Assembly: GCA_963693095.2 (NCBI GenBank)
Contig: CAXVTD010000001.1
Span: forward strand, 1-27,705
Direction: 5' to 3'
DNA from: Cenarchaeum sp.
Lineage (GTDB): Archaea; Thermoproteota; Nitrososphaeria; Nitrososphaerales; Nitrosopumilaceae
DNA: 27,705 nt
Made by a program: the position numbers and the translations under genes. Of this stretch, positions 17,702 to 27,288 are shown piece by piece. The number at the start of each line of letters is the position of its first letter. The first letter of the stretch is position 1. The notes beneath the pieces were generated by a model that saw nothing but the letters and a program-made list of their open reading frames with translations, was not told the DNA's origin and made no database searches.

Positions 17702-18103
17702 CTATTTGCCGTAAAACTCTGACCACTGGCTGCCGAGCTTTTCGATAATCCTGTATGCGGTCCGGTCAATGTTGACGTGCGGCTCGGCCATGACCATGAC
17801 GATGTCCTCGCCGATCGGAAAGCTCATCATTACGGCCTTTTCGCGGCGTGATGCCGAGTACTTTACGCGCCCGAGCTTGGCATCAAACATCTTGCGCCTC
17901 GTTATGCGGGCTACGAGATCTTGGTATATCTTGCGCCTGTTCTCGTCAGTCTCGATGGGATCAACGTCCTTTCTGAACCTGCTGACTATGATCTCGGCGT
18001 CACCGCCTATAAAGCCGCAGAACCTGATTTCCGAGTCCTCAAGTATCTGGTCGCACTTTGTCGAATATTCCTCCCTGGACAGAACAGGGGGCTCGCCGAC
18101 CAT
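17702..18103 (-). CDS. Hypothetical protein, roadblock/profilin-like thaumarchaeal family
   Basis: IRFCGFI...FDAKLGRVKYSASRREKAVMMSFP; ATG 18103 about 30 bp from TTTAAA at 18131-18136. Confidence 0.7.
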   Translation of the reverse strand: MVGEPPVLSREEYSTKCDQILEDSEIRFCGFIGGDAEIIVSRFRKDVDPIETDENRRKIYQDLVARITRRKMFDAKLGRVKYSASRREKAVMMSFPIGEDIVMVMAEPHVNIDRTAYRIIEKLGSQWSEFYGK

Positions 18104-18285
18104 CTTGGCCACGCGCCCGTTATGGCCTCGTTTAAACTGTGGGCGCCATGTCGCGCGCCGACCACGCGTGCGGCGAACCTGGCTCTCCGGCCGCACCGAT
18201 CCCGCGCGTGCACTGCTGCTGGCGCGCGCAATGGTGCCCATGCCGAGTCGGTTGTTTTTAATTGAGGCGCGCATGCGTGTGCCGC

Positions 18286-19101
18286 ATGAGGCTCGACAGG
18301 GTTGGCATTGTGTGCAAGCTTGGCTCAGCAGACGCTGCTAGGGCGGCGACTGCGGTGGCTGGCCGACTTGCGGCTGCCGGCTCGGAGGTCATCGCGACGC
18401 CGCCGGTGTCTGTTGAGGGCGTTCGCGTGGCCGAGGATGTCGAGTCGATGCGCGGCGAGAGCCTTGACATGGTCATCACGCTAGGCGGCGACGGGACGAC
18501 CCTGAGGACGGCGCGCGGCCTTGACTCTGAGGTTCCGATGCTTGCCGTAAACGTCGGCGGAAACCGCGGCATACTCTCCGAGACCACGATGGACGGGATT
18601 GACGGCGCAATTGAGCAGGTTCGCCACGACAAGATATTCCTTGACCGGCGCGTGCGCGTGTCAGCCTCTACTGGCGGCGAGGAGTTTCCGGCCGCGCTCA
18701 ATGAGATATTCATCAGCCGCGCCAACCTTACGCGGACATCCGAGTTTGAGATAAAGTTCCAGAACGACACAGTCACGCAAAAGATGGACGGCGTTATCGT
18801 GGCGACACCTAGCGGCTCGACGGGACACTCGTTATCGCTTGGAGGCCCGATACTCCACGAGACGCTCGACGTGCTTATCATAACGCCTGTTGCCCCCGTG
18901 TTCAGGCTCGAGTCGATCGTCGTGCCAGATGAAAAGATCGAGGTGAAGTGCTCACATGACTGCAACGTTGTCATGGACGCGCAGGTTATCAGGCCAGTCG
19001 AGTTTGGCGGCTCGATAACGATAAGGCGCCACAGCCGCCATGCGGTTTTTGTGAGGCAGAGGAAGGCTGGCCTGAGACAGATGACAAAGCTTGGCTTTTA
19101 G
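18286..19101 (+). CDS. nadK: NAD+ kinase
   Basis: LGGDGT, ALNE, DGVIVATPSGSTGHSLSLGGP. Confidence 0.95.
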   Translation: MRLDRVGIVCKLGSADAARAATAVAGRLAAAGSEVIATPPVSVEGVRVAEDVESMRGESLDMVITLGGDGTTLRTARGLDSEVPMLAVNVGGNRGILSETTMDGIDGAIEQVRHDKIFLDRRVRVSASTGGEEFPAALNEIFISRANLTRTSEFEIKFQNDTVTQKMDGVIVATPSGSTGHSLSLGGPILHETLDVLIITPVAPVFRLESIVVPDEKIEVKCSHDCNVVMDAQVIRPVEFGGSITIRRHSRHAVFVRQRKAGLRQMTKLGF

Positions 19102-19672
19102 GGTTCTTGACGCCTCGGCGTTCTATGCGGGCGTTCCATTTGCGTCATCTGGTATCCTGCACACGACAGAGGACGTGTATGGCGAGATCCGCCACATAAA
19201 GTCGGCCCACGGCGCAATCGAGACGCTCATCGCAGTCAGACGACTCGTCGTCATGTCCCCGTCTGAGGCATCAGTCGCTGCCGCACGCGCAGCAGCACGG
19301 CGCGCAGGCGAGTCTGATGCGCTCTCGCGCGCAGACGTGTCAGTCATCGCGCTGTGCTCCGAGCTTGGCGGCGAGCTCGTCACTGATGACTATGCCGTCT
19401 CCAACGTTGCAAAGACGATGGGCATGGGCGTCGTCTCAGTCATGACGGCCGGCACGCGAGCGCCGCGGCGCTGGACGAGGCGCTGTCCGGCGTGCTCGCG
19501 TGACATGGGCTCCGAGTCCCGCTGTGCGGTCTGCGGCGGTCCGGCGAGCCGGCGTCCGGCGACTCGCAGGCCTCCCGGGGGCGCTACTGCGGGCCGGCGA
19601 GCCCATGATCGCGCAAAGCCTTTTGGCGCGCACGGCGCCAAGGCCCTCGACGCGCGCAAGCTCGGACGCTGA
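19091..19672 (+). CDS. nob1: Nob1-family PIN endonuclease with Zn ribbon
   Basis: VLDASAF, LSRAD, LVTDDYAVSNVA, CPAC...CAVC. Confidence 0.88.
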   Translation: MAFRVLDASAFYAGVPFASSGILHTTEDVYGEIRHIKSAHGAIETLIAVRRLVVMSPSEASVAAARAAARRAGESDALSRADVSVIALCSELGGELVTDDYAVSNVAKTMGMGVVSVMTAGTRAPRRWTRRCPACSRDMGSESRCAVCGGPASRRPATRRPPGGATAGRRAHDRAKPFGAHGAKALDARKLGR

Positions 19673-20239
19673 CGCGCCAAAGGCGGCCATCGGCGTGCCA
19701 AACCTGTCTAGCATTCGCGTGGCAAGCTTTTCACCAATGCCCGGCAGGCTGCACAGCGTGCAAAGCTGCTGCTCGCGCACGCTCGCGCCGGGTCTCCTGC
19801 GCTGCCTCTTGAGGAGCTCGCCCCTGCGCACGCCCTTTCGCGTCCCGAGTGCGATGAGCAGCCTTGCGGTACCGTTGGCATCAGGCGTCTGCACGAGCGA
19901 GATGCCTGACTCGATGGCAACCCTTGCCACGGTGTCATAGAACACATACGAGTTCTCCACGTGGCGCGTAATCTCCTCAGAGGGCCCCTCCACTGCTAGG
20001 ACGGGATGGCGAAACTCTGACTTTAGCCTCTTGCACTGCTCATCTAGCCGCCCGTCAACGACAGACGCGATGAGGTCACGTGTGCTCTTGCGCTCCACAC
20101 CCGTGTCAGTTGCGACGATATAGTCGCCGGTCACTAGCGTGCTAAAGTCAGTCTGCACTCCGAGCTTTGTGAGCAGTGCTGGTATGCGGCTCTTTCGCTC
20201 GCGCTCATCGGCAATGATGCGTAGGTTTTTGATGTCCAT
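19436..20239 (-). CDS. xpf: XPF/ERCC4 structure-specific endonuclease (short form) with HhH2
   Basis: IIADERE, GDY, VERK nuclease motif; LPGIGEKLA and VEGLGAVRA HhH motifs. Confidence 0.88.
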   Translation of the reverse strand: MDIKNLRIIADERERKSRIPALLTKLGVQTDFSTLVTGDYIVATDTGVERKSTRDLIASVVDGRLDEQCKRLKSEFRHPVLAVEGPSEEITRHVENSYVFYDTVARVAIESGISLVQTPDANGTARLLIALGTRKGVRRGELLKRQRRRPGASVREQQLCTLCSLPGIGEKLATRMLDRFGTPMAAFGASASELARVEGLGAVRAKRLCAIMGSPARSSAPGRPASRRTPARRTAADRTAGLGAHVTRARRTAPRPAPRRSRAGRHD

Positions 20240-20267
20240 GCGCACACACGTTACGCTGTGCGCTATA

Positions 20268-20675
20268 TCACGATTGCGCAGGGGGCTGGGTGCCCTGTGG
20301 AGCCGGCCCGCCGGGACCCTGCATTCCCCTTATCATGTCGGTGACCTTTGCCTCCTGCTCCTTTAGGCTCTCGCGCAGCCGCGCGTCCTGCTTTGAGAGG
20401 ACGGTCTGGCGCGTCGCGGAGAGCTCTTTTCTCTCCTCGAGCTCGGCGATTAGGGCATCACGCGTCGTCTTTATGAGTATCGAGCCGGCATGCTTGTAGA
20501 CGGTCTCGTCCTCGCCGGCCTTTTTGAGCTCCTCTAGGGCACGGTCGACCTCGAGGCGCTCGACTTCGACCTGCTGCTTTTGAGCCGCGACGCCCTGGAG
20601 GCTGCTCTGCATCTGCTGCAGCTTTTCGACCTGCTCGCGAAGTACGGGCGGTATGCTGTTTGGATCGGCTGACAC
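20268..20675 (-). CDS. pfdB: Prefoldin beta subunit
   Basis: Coiled coils flanking VYKHAGSILIK; directly upstream of xpf. Confidence 0.92.
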   Translation of the reverse strand: MSADPNSIPPVLREQVEKLQQMQSSLQGVAAQKQQVEVERLEVDRALEELKKAGEDETVYKHAGSILIKTTRDALIAELEERKELSATRQTVLSKQDARLRESLKEQEAKVTDMIRGMQGPGGPAPQGTQPPAQS

Positions 20676-20883
20676 GGACGCACGGAGCCGATCCGCCCTA
20701 TTTTATCATATTGGGCGCCTGCGCCACGCCTCGCCTCCTCACGCGTGTGTCGCGCATGGGACACTTGCGCCTGCTCCGGCTCTGCACGCTTGCCGGCTCG
20801 AGATGCGCCTTGCCCCTGCGGCATGCTACGAGGCCGTAAACCTGTAAGGAGTTATATGCGCCACGGCCGCAAAACGCGCTGCA

Positions 20884-21978
20884 TTGTCAGAGAGCTCGAT
20901 TGGCCGGCGCCTTGTTCTAACAAGCTTTGGCGAGAGCCATGGCAAGTGCGTCGGTGCTGTTCTTGACGGGTGCCCGGCCGGCCTGCGCCTCTCCGAGCGC
21001 GACATACAGCCAATGCTTGATCAGCGCCGACCGGGTCAGTCGGCCATAGCGACACAGCGCAAGGAGCCTGACCGCGTGGAGATACTCTCTGGAGTGTTTA
21101 GGGGGCGCACGACGGGCGCGCCGATCGCAATGCTGACATGGAACAAGGATGCCGACTCGAGGTCATATGATGCCCTTGAGCGTCTGCTGAGGCCAGGCCA
21201 TGCGGACTATACGTCGATGGTAAAGTATGGCGGCCACGGCGACCATCGTGGCGGCGGGCGATTCTCAGGCAGGCTGACGGCCACGCACATCATGGGCGGG
21301 GCAATTGCGCGCAAGCTCATTGATGTTACGCTTGGCATAAAGACACACTCGTACACGGCGCAGATCGGCGGAGTGTCGATGGAAGGCGAGCCGACACCTA
21401 GTGCGCTGCGTGCAATGTACCGCAACGATGTGCGTTGTCCTGACGCAAGGGCTGCGTCACGAATGCGCGAGCTTGTCATGTCGGCGCGGCGCGCCGGAGA
21501 CTCGCTGGGGGGAATTGTCCGCTCGGTCACAACAGGCGTTCCAGTCGGACTCGGCGAGCCGCTGTTTGCGTCCATCGAGTCAGACCTAAGCCGCGCAATG
21601 TTCTCCATACCGTCAGTAAAGGGCGTCGAGTTTGGATCTGGATTTGCCGGCGCGGCCAGCTCGGGCTCGCAGAACAACGACACATACGAGATCAAGCGCT
21701 CGCGCATAATCACGCGCACAAACAACTCAGGCGGCATTCTTGGGGGGATCTCCAATGGCATGCCGATAACGATGAACGTCGCCTTCAAGCCAGTCTCGTC
21801 AATAGCGATGGACCAGCCGACTGTCAATGCCAAGACGCGCAAGCCGGCGATCCTGCGAGTGCGCGGCAGGCATGACCCATGCGTGGTTCCGCGCGCGCCA
21901 CCTGTCGTCGACTCGCTTGTGAGCCTCATTATGGCCGACCTTGCACTGGTGGGGGGATTTGTCAAACCCGTCCTCTGA
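20884..21978 (+). CDS. aroC: Chorismate synthase
   Basis: FGESHG, RPGHAD, GGGRFSGR, GGILGGISNG, RGRHDPC. Confidence 0.97.
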   Translation: MSESSIGRRLVLTSFGESHGKCVGAVLDGCPAGLRLSERDIQPMLDQRRPGQSAIATQRKEPDRVEILSGVFRGRTTGAPIAMLTWNKDADSRSYDALERLLRPGHADYTSMVKYGGHGDHRGGGRFSGRLTATHIMGGAIARKLIDVTLGIKTHSYTAQIGGVSMEGEPTPSALRAMYRNDVRCPDARAASRMRELVMSARRAGDSLGGIVRSVTTGVPVGLGEPLFASIESDLSRAMFSIPSVKGVEFGSGFAGAASSGSQNNDTYEIKRSRIITRTNNSGGILGGISNGMPITMNVAFKPVSSIAMDQPTVNAKTRKPAILRVRGRHDPCVVPRAPPVVDSLVSLIMADLALVGGFVKPVL

Positions 21979-23350
21979 TGCCGGTCCCCTCGAGCCCCTG
22001 CGCGAGGAGATGGACACAGTCACACTGGAGATGGTTCGTCTCCTAGGCAGGCGCTCGGAGCTCGCACGCCGCATAGGCGAGGCCAAGCGCGGCATGGGTG
22101 CGCCAGTTGATGACTGTGGGCGCGAGGGGGATCTGCGCACAAAGGTCATCGAGTCGTGTGCCGACGGTGACGAGGCCGCAATGGCCTCGAGGCTGCTGAA
22201 CTTTTTGCTAAACGAGTCCGTGCAGGTCCAGTCTGCGGCCGCATCAGGCGCCGCACCGTCGCACACGGCGATATTTCAGGAGGCAAAGAGGCTAGAGGAG
22301 GAGGGTCAGAGCATTGTCCACATGGAGGTCGGCGAGCCAGACTCGGAGCCGTCAGGACACGCAGTCGACGCGCTGGCATCTGCGTGCGCCAAGGGACACA
22401 CAAAGTATGGCACTGCCCTTGGAATGACCGAGCTGCGCGACGTCATAGCCAGAGTAGAGTCTGCACACACAGCCGGACTCTCGCATGACAATGTCATAGT
22501 CACAATGGGCGCGAGATTTGCCATATACCTTGCCATCGAGTCACTTCTTGATCCGGGCGATGAGATCATAGTTATCGAGCCTGCATGGCCAGCATATGCC
22601 CAGTGCGCAATGCGCGCTGGCGTAAAGGTTCGGCACATCCACACCACACTAGAGTCAAGCTGGGAGCCAGACATGTCTGAGATCGAGTCGGCCATAACGC
22701 CAAACACGAAAATGATTGCGATAAACTACCCAAACAACCCCACGGGCAAGGTTCTGCCACGGCGCAGGCAAAAGGAGATCATGGACATTGCAGCACGCCA
22801 CTCGCTCTATGTCCTGAGCGACGAGATATACTCGCTCTATTCGCGCACGGAATGGCACAGTGCACTGGAGTTTGACCATGACAAGACGATCGTGACGCAG
22901 TCACTCTCAAAGTCGCACGCGATGACGGGGTTTCGCGCCGGATATGCCATAGCGCCACCCGAGGAGATACGGCGCATGGGTCGCCTACAGTCGCTCTGCC
23001 TCACGTGCGTGCCCTCGCCGATCCAGTATGCGTCGCTAGCCGCACTGCAGGCCGAGCCGCCAGGTGCGTCACACGACATTCTCTCGAGGCTCGCCGGCCT
23101 CTCGCCGCAGGCATCGGCCATGGGTCTCGAGTTCGCCGAGCCAGATGGCGCAATGTACCTCTTTGCGCGCCTTCCGGGCGGCCTAGACGGCGGTGAGGTT
23201 GCCCTCGAGTGCCTCAAAAGGGGTCTTGCGATAGCGCCGGGAGCCGCATTTGGCGGATATGGGCAGTTTGTGCGCCTCTCGGCATGCCGCGATGCGCGCA
23301 CGTTGGCGCGTGGAATGGATATACTAAATAGCGTCGTCTCTGGAGCCTAG
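21959..23350 (+). CDS. Chorismate mutase (AroQ-like) fused to a class I/II PLP aminotransferase
   Basis: N-terminal LREEMD...LLGRR.ELARRIGEAK...D..RE; GEPD, NYPNNPTG, SDEIY, SLSKSHAMTGFRAGY. TTG start inferred. Confidence 0.85.
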   Translation: MSNPSSDAGPLEPLREEMDTVTLEMVRLLGRRSELARRIGEAKRGMGAPVDDCGREGDLRTKVIESCADGDEAAMASRLLNFLLNESVQVQSAAASGAAPSHTAIFQEAKRLEEEGQSIVHMEVGEPDSEPSGHAVDALASACAKGHTKYGTALGMTELRDVIARVESAHTAGLSHDNVIVTMGARFAIYLAIESLLDPGDEIIVIEPAWPAYAQCAMRAGVKVRHIHTTLESSWEPDMSEIESAITPNTKMIAINYPNNPTGKVLPRRRQKEIMDIAARHSLYVLSDEIYSLYSRTEWHSALEFDHDKTIVTQSLSKSHAMTGFRAGYAIAPPEEIRRMGRLQSLCLTCVPSPIQYASLAALQAEPPGASHDILSRLAGLSPQASAMGLEFAEPDGAMYLFARLPGGLDGGEVALECLKRGLAIAPGAAFGGYGQFVRLSACRDARTLARGMDILNSVVSGA

Positions 23351-23353
23351 GGC

Positions 23354-24211
23354 ATGAAGAAGCGGGTGTCCGTGATTGGGGCCGCAGGGCAGATGGGCAC
23401 GTGGATGTGTCGCTACTTTGCGCCAAAGTATGACGTTACAGGATATGACGAGGACGAGTCGAGATCACTTCCAAAGGGGGTCACAAAGGGCTCCTCACTC
23501 GTCGGGGCGATCCTCGAGGCAGACTATGTGATACTGTGCACGCCGACACGAAAGACGCCAGAGATCATCAGGCTAATCGCCAAGGAGATGAGGCGTGATG
23601 CGTACCTTATCGACATATCGTCGCAAAAGCTAAAGACTGCGCCGGCCCTCTCACGCGTTCCCTCAAAGGTCGTTCCGGTCTGCATACACCCAATGTTCGG
23701 GCCGGGAGCCAAGGGCGCAAAGGGCCAGAACATCATCTCTGTGCCGATAAGGGACGGGAAAAAGGAGATCACCGTCTCAAAGTTGCTCTTTCCGGACGCG
23801 ACGTTCGTCACTATCGACTCTGCCGAGCATGACAAGAGGGTCGCCGTCATACTCGGCCTCACGCACCTTGTCAATATCGCATTTGCGAGCATTGTCTCAA
23901 AGGATGAAAAGCCGTCGCTCACGCACAAGATGTCAGGCAGCACGTTCCGGATACAAAAGGCGCTCTCTGACAGCATAATGTCCGAGACGCCTGACCTGAT
24001 TGACACGATCATATCAAACCCACAGCTGCGCCGCATCGCCGAGGAGCTCTGGAAGGACATCGGGCGCCTCCTCACCGCAGTCCAGGAGAACAAGTCCGAA
24101 GAGGTCACCGACTATGTGCGCGCGTGCCAGGCCAGGATAGAGGCCAACGGCGGAACCTCCGAGTCGTACAAAAAGATGATTGCAATGTCGCGCGTGATGG
24201 ACAAAAAGTAG
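23354..24211 (+). CDS. tyrA: Prephenate/arogenate dehydrogenase
   Basis: IGAAGQMG Rossmann motif, DISSQK, IHPMFGP, EHDKRVA...LTH. Confidence 0.9.
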   Translation: MKKRVSVIGAAGQMGTWMCRYFAPKYDVTGYDEDESRSLPKGVTKGSSLVGAILEADYVILCTPTRKTPEIIRLIAKEMRRDAYLIDISSQKLKTAPALSRVPSKVVPVCIHPMFGPGAKGAKGQNIISVPIRDGKKEITVSKLLFPDATFVTIDSAEHDKRVAVILGLTHLVNIAFASIVSKDEKPSLTHKMSGSTFRIQKALSDSIMSETPDLIDTIISNPQLRRIAEELWKDIGRLLTAVQENKSEEVTDYVRACQARIEANGGTSESYKKMIAMSRVMDKK

Positions 24212-24213
24212 CC

Positions 24214-24615
24214 TTGGATGCGCGCAACGTCGCGACGTCATTTGTGCGCAACAATAACGAGTATCTTGTGGTGCGCCGCAGCCAGCGCGTGCGCACGATG
24301 CGCGGGCTGTGGTCGGCAATAAGCGGGAGCATAAATGCCGGCGAGGCTGCCCTAGAGCGCGCATATGCCGAGCTACTAGAGGAGGCCGGAATCGCGCGCG
24401 ACTCGCTGCGCCTCGTCTCCTCGGCGCCGCCGGCCATGGTGAGGTCCGAGAAGCACGCCGGCGAGTGGCGCATACACGCGTTTCTCTTTGAGGCGCGCGA
24501 CCGACAGGTCACGCTAAACTGGGAGAGCTCTGAGCACCGCTGGGTTGCGCGCGACTCGCTGCGGCTACTAGACTCCGTCCCGTGCCTGGCCGGGACGCTC
24601 GACTCGCTTCTCTAG
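24214..24615 (+). CDS. NUDIX hydrolase
   Basis: SGSINAGEAALERAYAELLEEAGI Nudix box; LNWESSEHRW. TTG start inferred. Confidence 0.85.
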   Translation: MDARNVATSFVRNNNEYLVVRRSQRVRTMRGLWSAISGSINAGEAALERAYAELLEEAGIARDSLRLVSSAPPAMVRSEKHAGEWRIHAFLFEARDRQVTLNWESSEHRWVARDSLRLLDSVPCLAGTLDSLL

Positions 24616-25950
24616 GGGGACGACCTCGGGCTCGGCGCCAGATGGCTCCTCGGGGTCATAGGAGCGCTGCTGCGGCAGCATGACATACACGCACGCGCCG
24701 CCGCACATTGTGCACGGGACGTTGTTGCCGGGGTGCTGGCCTGTGCGCGAGTGGATCGCGGCGGCCTTTTCGGGGTCTATTGAGAGGGCGATCTGCGCCT
24801 CCCAGTCAAGCGTGCGGCGCGCCTTGGTCATGGCGCGATCCCACTTTATGGCGCGCTCGCGGTTCTTGACGAGGTCTCCGGCATGGGCCGCTATCCTGTA
24901 CGCGATCAGCCCATCCTTTACCTCGGCGTCATTGGGAAGCGCAAGGTGCTCGGATGCCGTCAGGTAGCAGAGCAGGTCGACTCCCTCGGCTGCTGACACT
25001 GCAGCGCCGATTGCGCTCGCAATGTGATCGTGGCCAGACGCAATGTCAGTCACTAGCGGGCCGAGGACATAGTACGGAACTTCGCCTATGAGCGCCTTTG
25101 CGATGCGGACGTTTGCTGCAACCTCGTTGAGCGGGACATGGCCGGGACCCTCGACCATGACCTGGACGTCAGACTCGTGCGCGCGTTTTGTGAGATCGCT
25201 AATGTTGATCATCTCTTGCACCTGCAGCTCGTCATGCGAGTCGAGTATCGAGCCGGGCCTGAGCGCATCGCCGAGGCTAAACGTCACGTCGTGCTCCTTT
25301 GCGACCTCGAGGAGATAGTCATAGTTTGAGTGGTATGGGTTCTCCTTGCCATGGCGCATCATCCATGCCGCAGTTATCGTTCCGCCCTTGCTAACTATTC
25401 CGCCATGCCTTCGCACGCGCTCTATGCGTTTTGCAATGTCCATGGTGATGCCCGAGTGTATCGTCGTATAGTCGACTCCGTCTCGCGCGTTGGACTCAAA
25501 TGCCGCAATAAAGTCATCCTCGCTTATTGCAAGCGGGTCTCTGTGCTTTTCGACGCCGCGGTTGTATGCCTCGTATATCGGGACGGTTCCAAACGTTATG
25601 CGGGCCTCGTCCATGAGGCGCCTCCTTATCGCGCCGACGTCGCCCCCGTCACTGAGGTCCATTATCGTGTCGGCATGGTGCTTTACGGCGGTTCGCGCCT
25701 TTTGGGCCTCCGCCTCGACGTCGACGTGGAGCGTCGACGTGCCGATATTCACGTTGACCTTTGTCTTGAGGCCCTTCCCTATGCCGACGTTGTGTATGGA
25801 CTGCGGCCGACGCACGTTTGAGGGTATTATTATGGAGCCTGTGGCCATGCGTCTTGCTAGCCACTCCGCATCGACGCCCTCATCAGCGGCAACGCGGCGC
25901 ATCTGATCGGTTATCTCCCCGCGCCTTGCTGCTCCCATCTGTGTGCCCAT
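24568..25950 (-). CDS. thiC: Phosphomethylpyrimidine synthase
   Basis: KVNVNIGTS, MDLS, GTVPIY, SLGDALRPG, EGPGHVP, LGPLVTDI, EHLALP, CTMCGGAC; TTTAAA at 25975-25980. Confidence 0.96.
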   Translation of the reverse strand: MGTQMGAARRGEITDQMRRVAADEGVDAEWLARRMATGSIIIPSNVRRPQSIHNVGIGKGLKTKVNVNIGTSTLHVDVEAEAQKARTAVKHHADTIMDLSDGGDVGAIRRRLMDEARITFGTVPIYEAYNRGVEKHRDPLAISEDDFIAAFESNARDGVDYTTIHSGITMDIAKRIERVRRHGGIVSKGGTITAAWMMRHGKENPYHSNYDYLLEVAKEHDVTFSLGDALRPGSILDSHDELQVQEMINISDLTKRAHESDVQVMVEGPGHVPLNEVAANVRIAKALIGEVPYYVLGPLVTDIASGHDHIASAIGAAVSAAEGVDLLCYLTASEHLALPNDAEVKDGLIAYRIAAHAGDLVKNRERAIKWDRAMTKARRTLDWEAQIALSIDPEKAAAIHSRTGQHPGNNVPCTMCGGACVYVMLPQQRSYDPEEPSGAEPEVVPLEKRVERPGQARDGV

Positions 25951-26075
25951 GGCGCGCATGGCAGCACAGAGGGATTTAAACAGTGGCTGCCTCTGGCGCT
26001 GTTTCATAACCCTGCCTAGGCGCGCGGCGGCCGGGACCGAAACACAAATGGATCGGCTCGCGGGCCGGCGCGGCG

Positions 26076-27215
26076 TTGGCGGGCAAGCCGGACGCAAAGT
26101 ACGTTGACAGGGGCGGGATGCTCGCCCTGCGCCCCAACATGGGGCGCGCGCGGCGCGAGCTCGCCGGGGCGAACAGGAAAAAGCCCGGCAGGCCGTTCCG
26201 CTGCCCCGAGTCGATCATCTTCAGGCTCGCCATGGCGCGCTCCCTGTTCGGCGTCGGCCACAGGGAGCTGGAGGGGCTCCTCGCCGAGTCCCTGGGCGGC
26301 GAGTTCCGCATCGGGTTCGTCCAGATATGGCGCAGGGTGTCGGCGATCGACGTCGGGTTCTCGGAGCGCGACGGCGTGTTCACGTTCCGCAACTCGCTCA
26401 CCGGCGCCGTCGACGAGATAAAGGTCGCGTTTGACGGCACCGGCTCCAGGGCCGGCCGGAGCGGCGCGTGGAAGCTGGAGAAGTGGGGCGTCCGGCTCGG
26501 GTTCGTCAGGATCACGCTGGCGGTCAACGCCGAGGACAAGAAGATCATCGCCATGACGGTCACGGACGACGCGACGTCGGAGCTCTCGCAGTTCCCAAAG
26601 CTGCTGCGCGCGGTGGTGGAAGCGCGCAACCGGCATATGCGATCGCGCGCCGGCGGCAGTGCGGACGGCGGTAATGCTGACGGCGGTAATGCTGACGGCG
26701 GTAATGCTGACGGCGGTAATGCTGACGGCGGTAATGCTGACGGCGGTAATGCTGACGGCGGTAATGCTGACGGCGGTAATGCTGACGGGAGGCGCGCGCC
26801 TCGCAGGCGCGGCGGCGAGGGGATCGTCGCGCTCGGGGACGGCATATACGCCACGAGGGCCAACGTGAACCTGTGCGAGAGGCACGGCGTCAGGCCGGTC
26901 ATGAAGGTGCACATCAACTCCTCCGGCAGGTCGATCGGCTCGGGCGCGCGGCGGCAGCTCGTGATCGCGCAGCTCGGCGGCGGGTCGCCGCACATCGCGG
27001 GGATCGGGCGCGAGGAGCGCAAGCGCAACCGCAGGGAGTGGCTGCGGGACAACGGCTACGGCCGGAGGTCGTCAGTCGAGACGGCGTTCTCCACGATCAA
27101 GGTGGTGTTCCGCGACTACGTGATGGCGCGGAACTGGGACCAGGTGGTCCGCGAGCTGGCCTTCATGGCGTACGCGTACAACCTGCTGATCGACAAGGCG
27201 CTGGAGGGCGGATAG
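26076..27215 (+). CDS. IS5-family DDE transposase with in-frame DGGNA repeat insertion
   Basis: KPGRP, VAFDGTG (D1), LGDGIY (D2), YGRRSSVETAFSTIK (Y-x2-R-x3-E-x6-K). Confidence 0.9.
   Translation: MAGKPDAKYVDRGGMLALRPNMGRARRELAGANRKKPGRPFRCPESIIFRLAMARSLFGVGHRELEGLLAESLGGEFRIGFVQIWRRVSAIDVGFSERDGVFTFRNSLTGAVDEIKVAFDGTGSRAGRSGAWKLEKWGVRLGFVRITLAVNAEDKKIIAMTVTDDATSELSQFPKLLRAVVEARNRHMRSRAGGSADGGNADGGNADGGNADGGNADGGNADGGNADGGNADGGNADGRRAPRRRGGEGIVALGDGIYATRANVNLCERHGVRPVMKVHINSSGRSIGSGARRQLVIAQLGGGSPHIAGIGREERKRNRREWLRDNGYGRRSSVETAFSTIKVVFRDYVMARNWDQVVRELAFMAYAYNLLIDKALEGG
26664..26788 (+). repeat. 15-bp tandem repeat (GACGGCGGTAATGCT)x8 plus partial unit
   Basis: Units at 26664, 26679, ... 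26769; degenerate unit GCCGGCGGCAGTGCG at 26649-26663. Confidence 0.98.
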
Positions 27216-27288
27216 GGGGGCTGGGTGCGGCCAGGGCGCGCAGGGGCGGCGCGCCTAGAATCGGGTTATGAAACAACGCCCTGCCTCT

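Larger units (their letters stand above)
25995..27280 (+). mobile_element. IS5-family element (ISH1/IS903-like), 1286 bp, 18-bp IRs, 8-bp target duplication
   Basis: Left IR GGCGCTGTTTCATAACCC (25995-26012); right IR GGGTTATGAAACAACGCC (27263-27280), one mismatch; CTGCCTCT at 25987-25994 and 27281-27288. Confidence 0.92.

Noticed and set aside
24685-24720. ThiC Fe-S motif CX2CX3C instead of CX2CX4C
   Set aside because: To my knowledge this spacing is usual in short archaeal-type ThiC proteins.
25950-25995. TPP riboswitch upstream of thiC
   Set aside because: No room or consensus; the TATA box is about 30 bp from the ATG, consistent with a leaderless mRNA.
25976-27052. Long antisense ORFs in the IS5 element (PPSAL and ITAVS repeats) and in IS481
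   Set aside because: Shadow frames of very GC-rich transposase genes and a stop-free VNTR.
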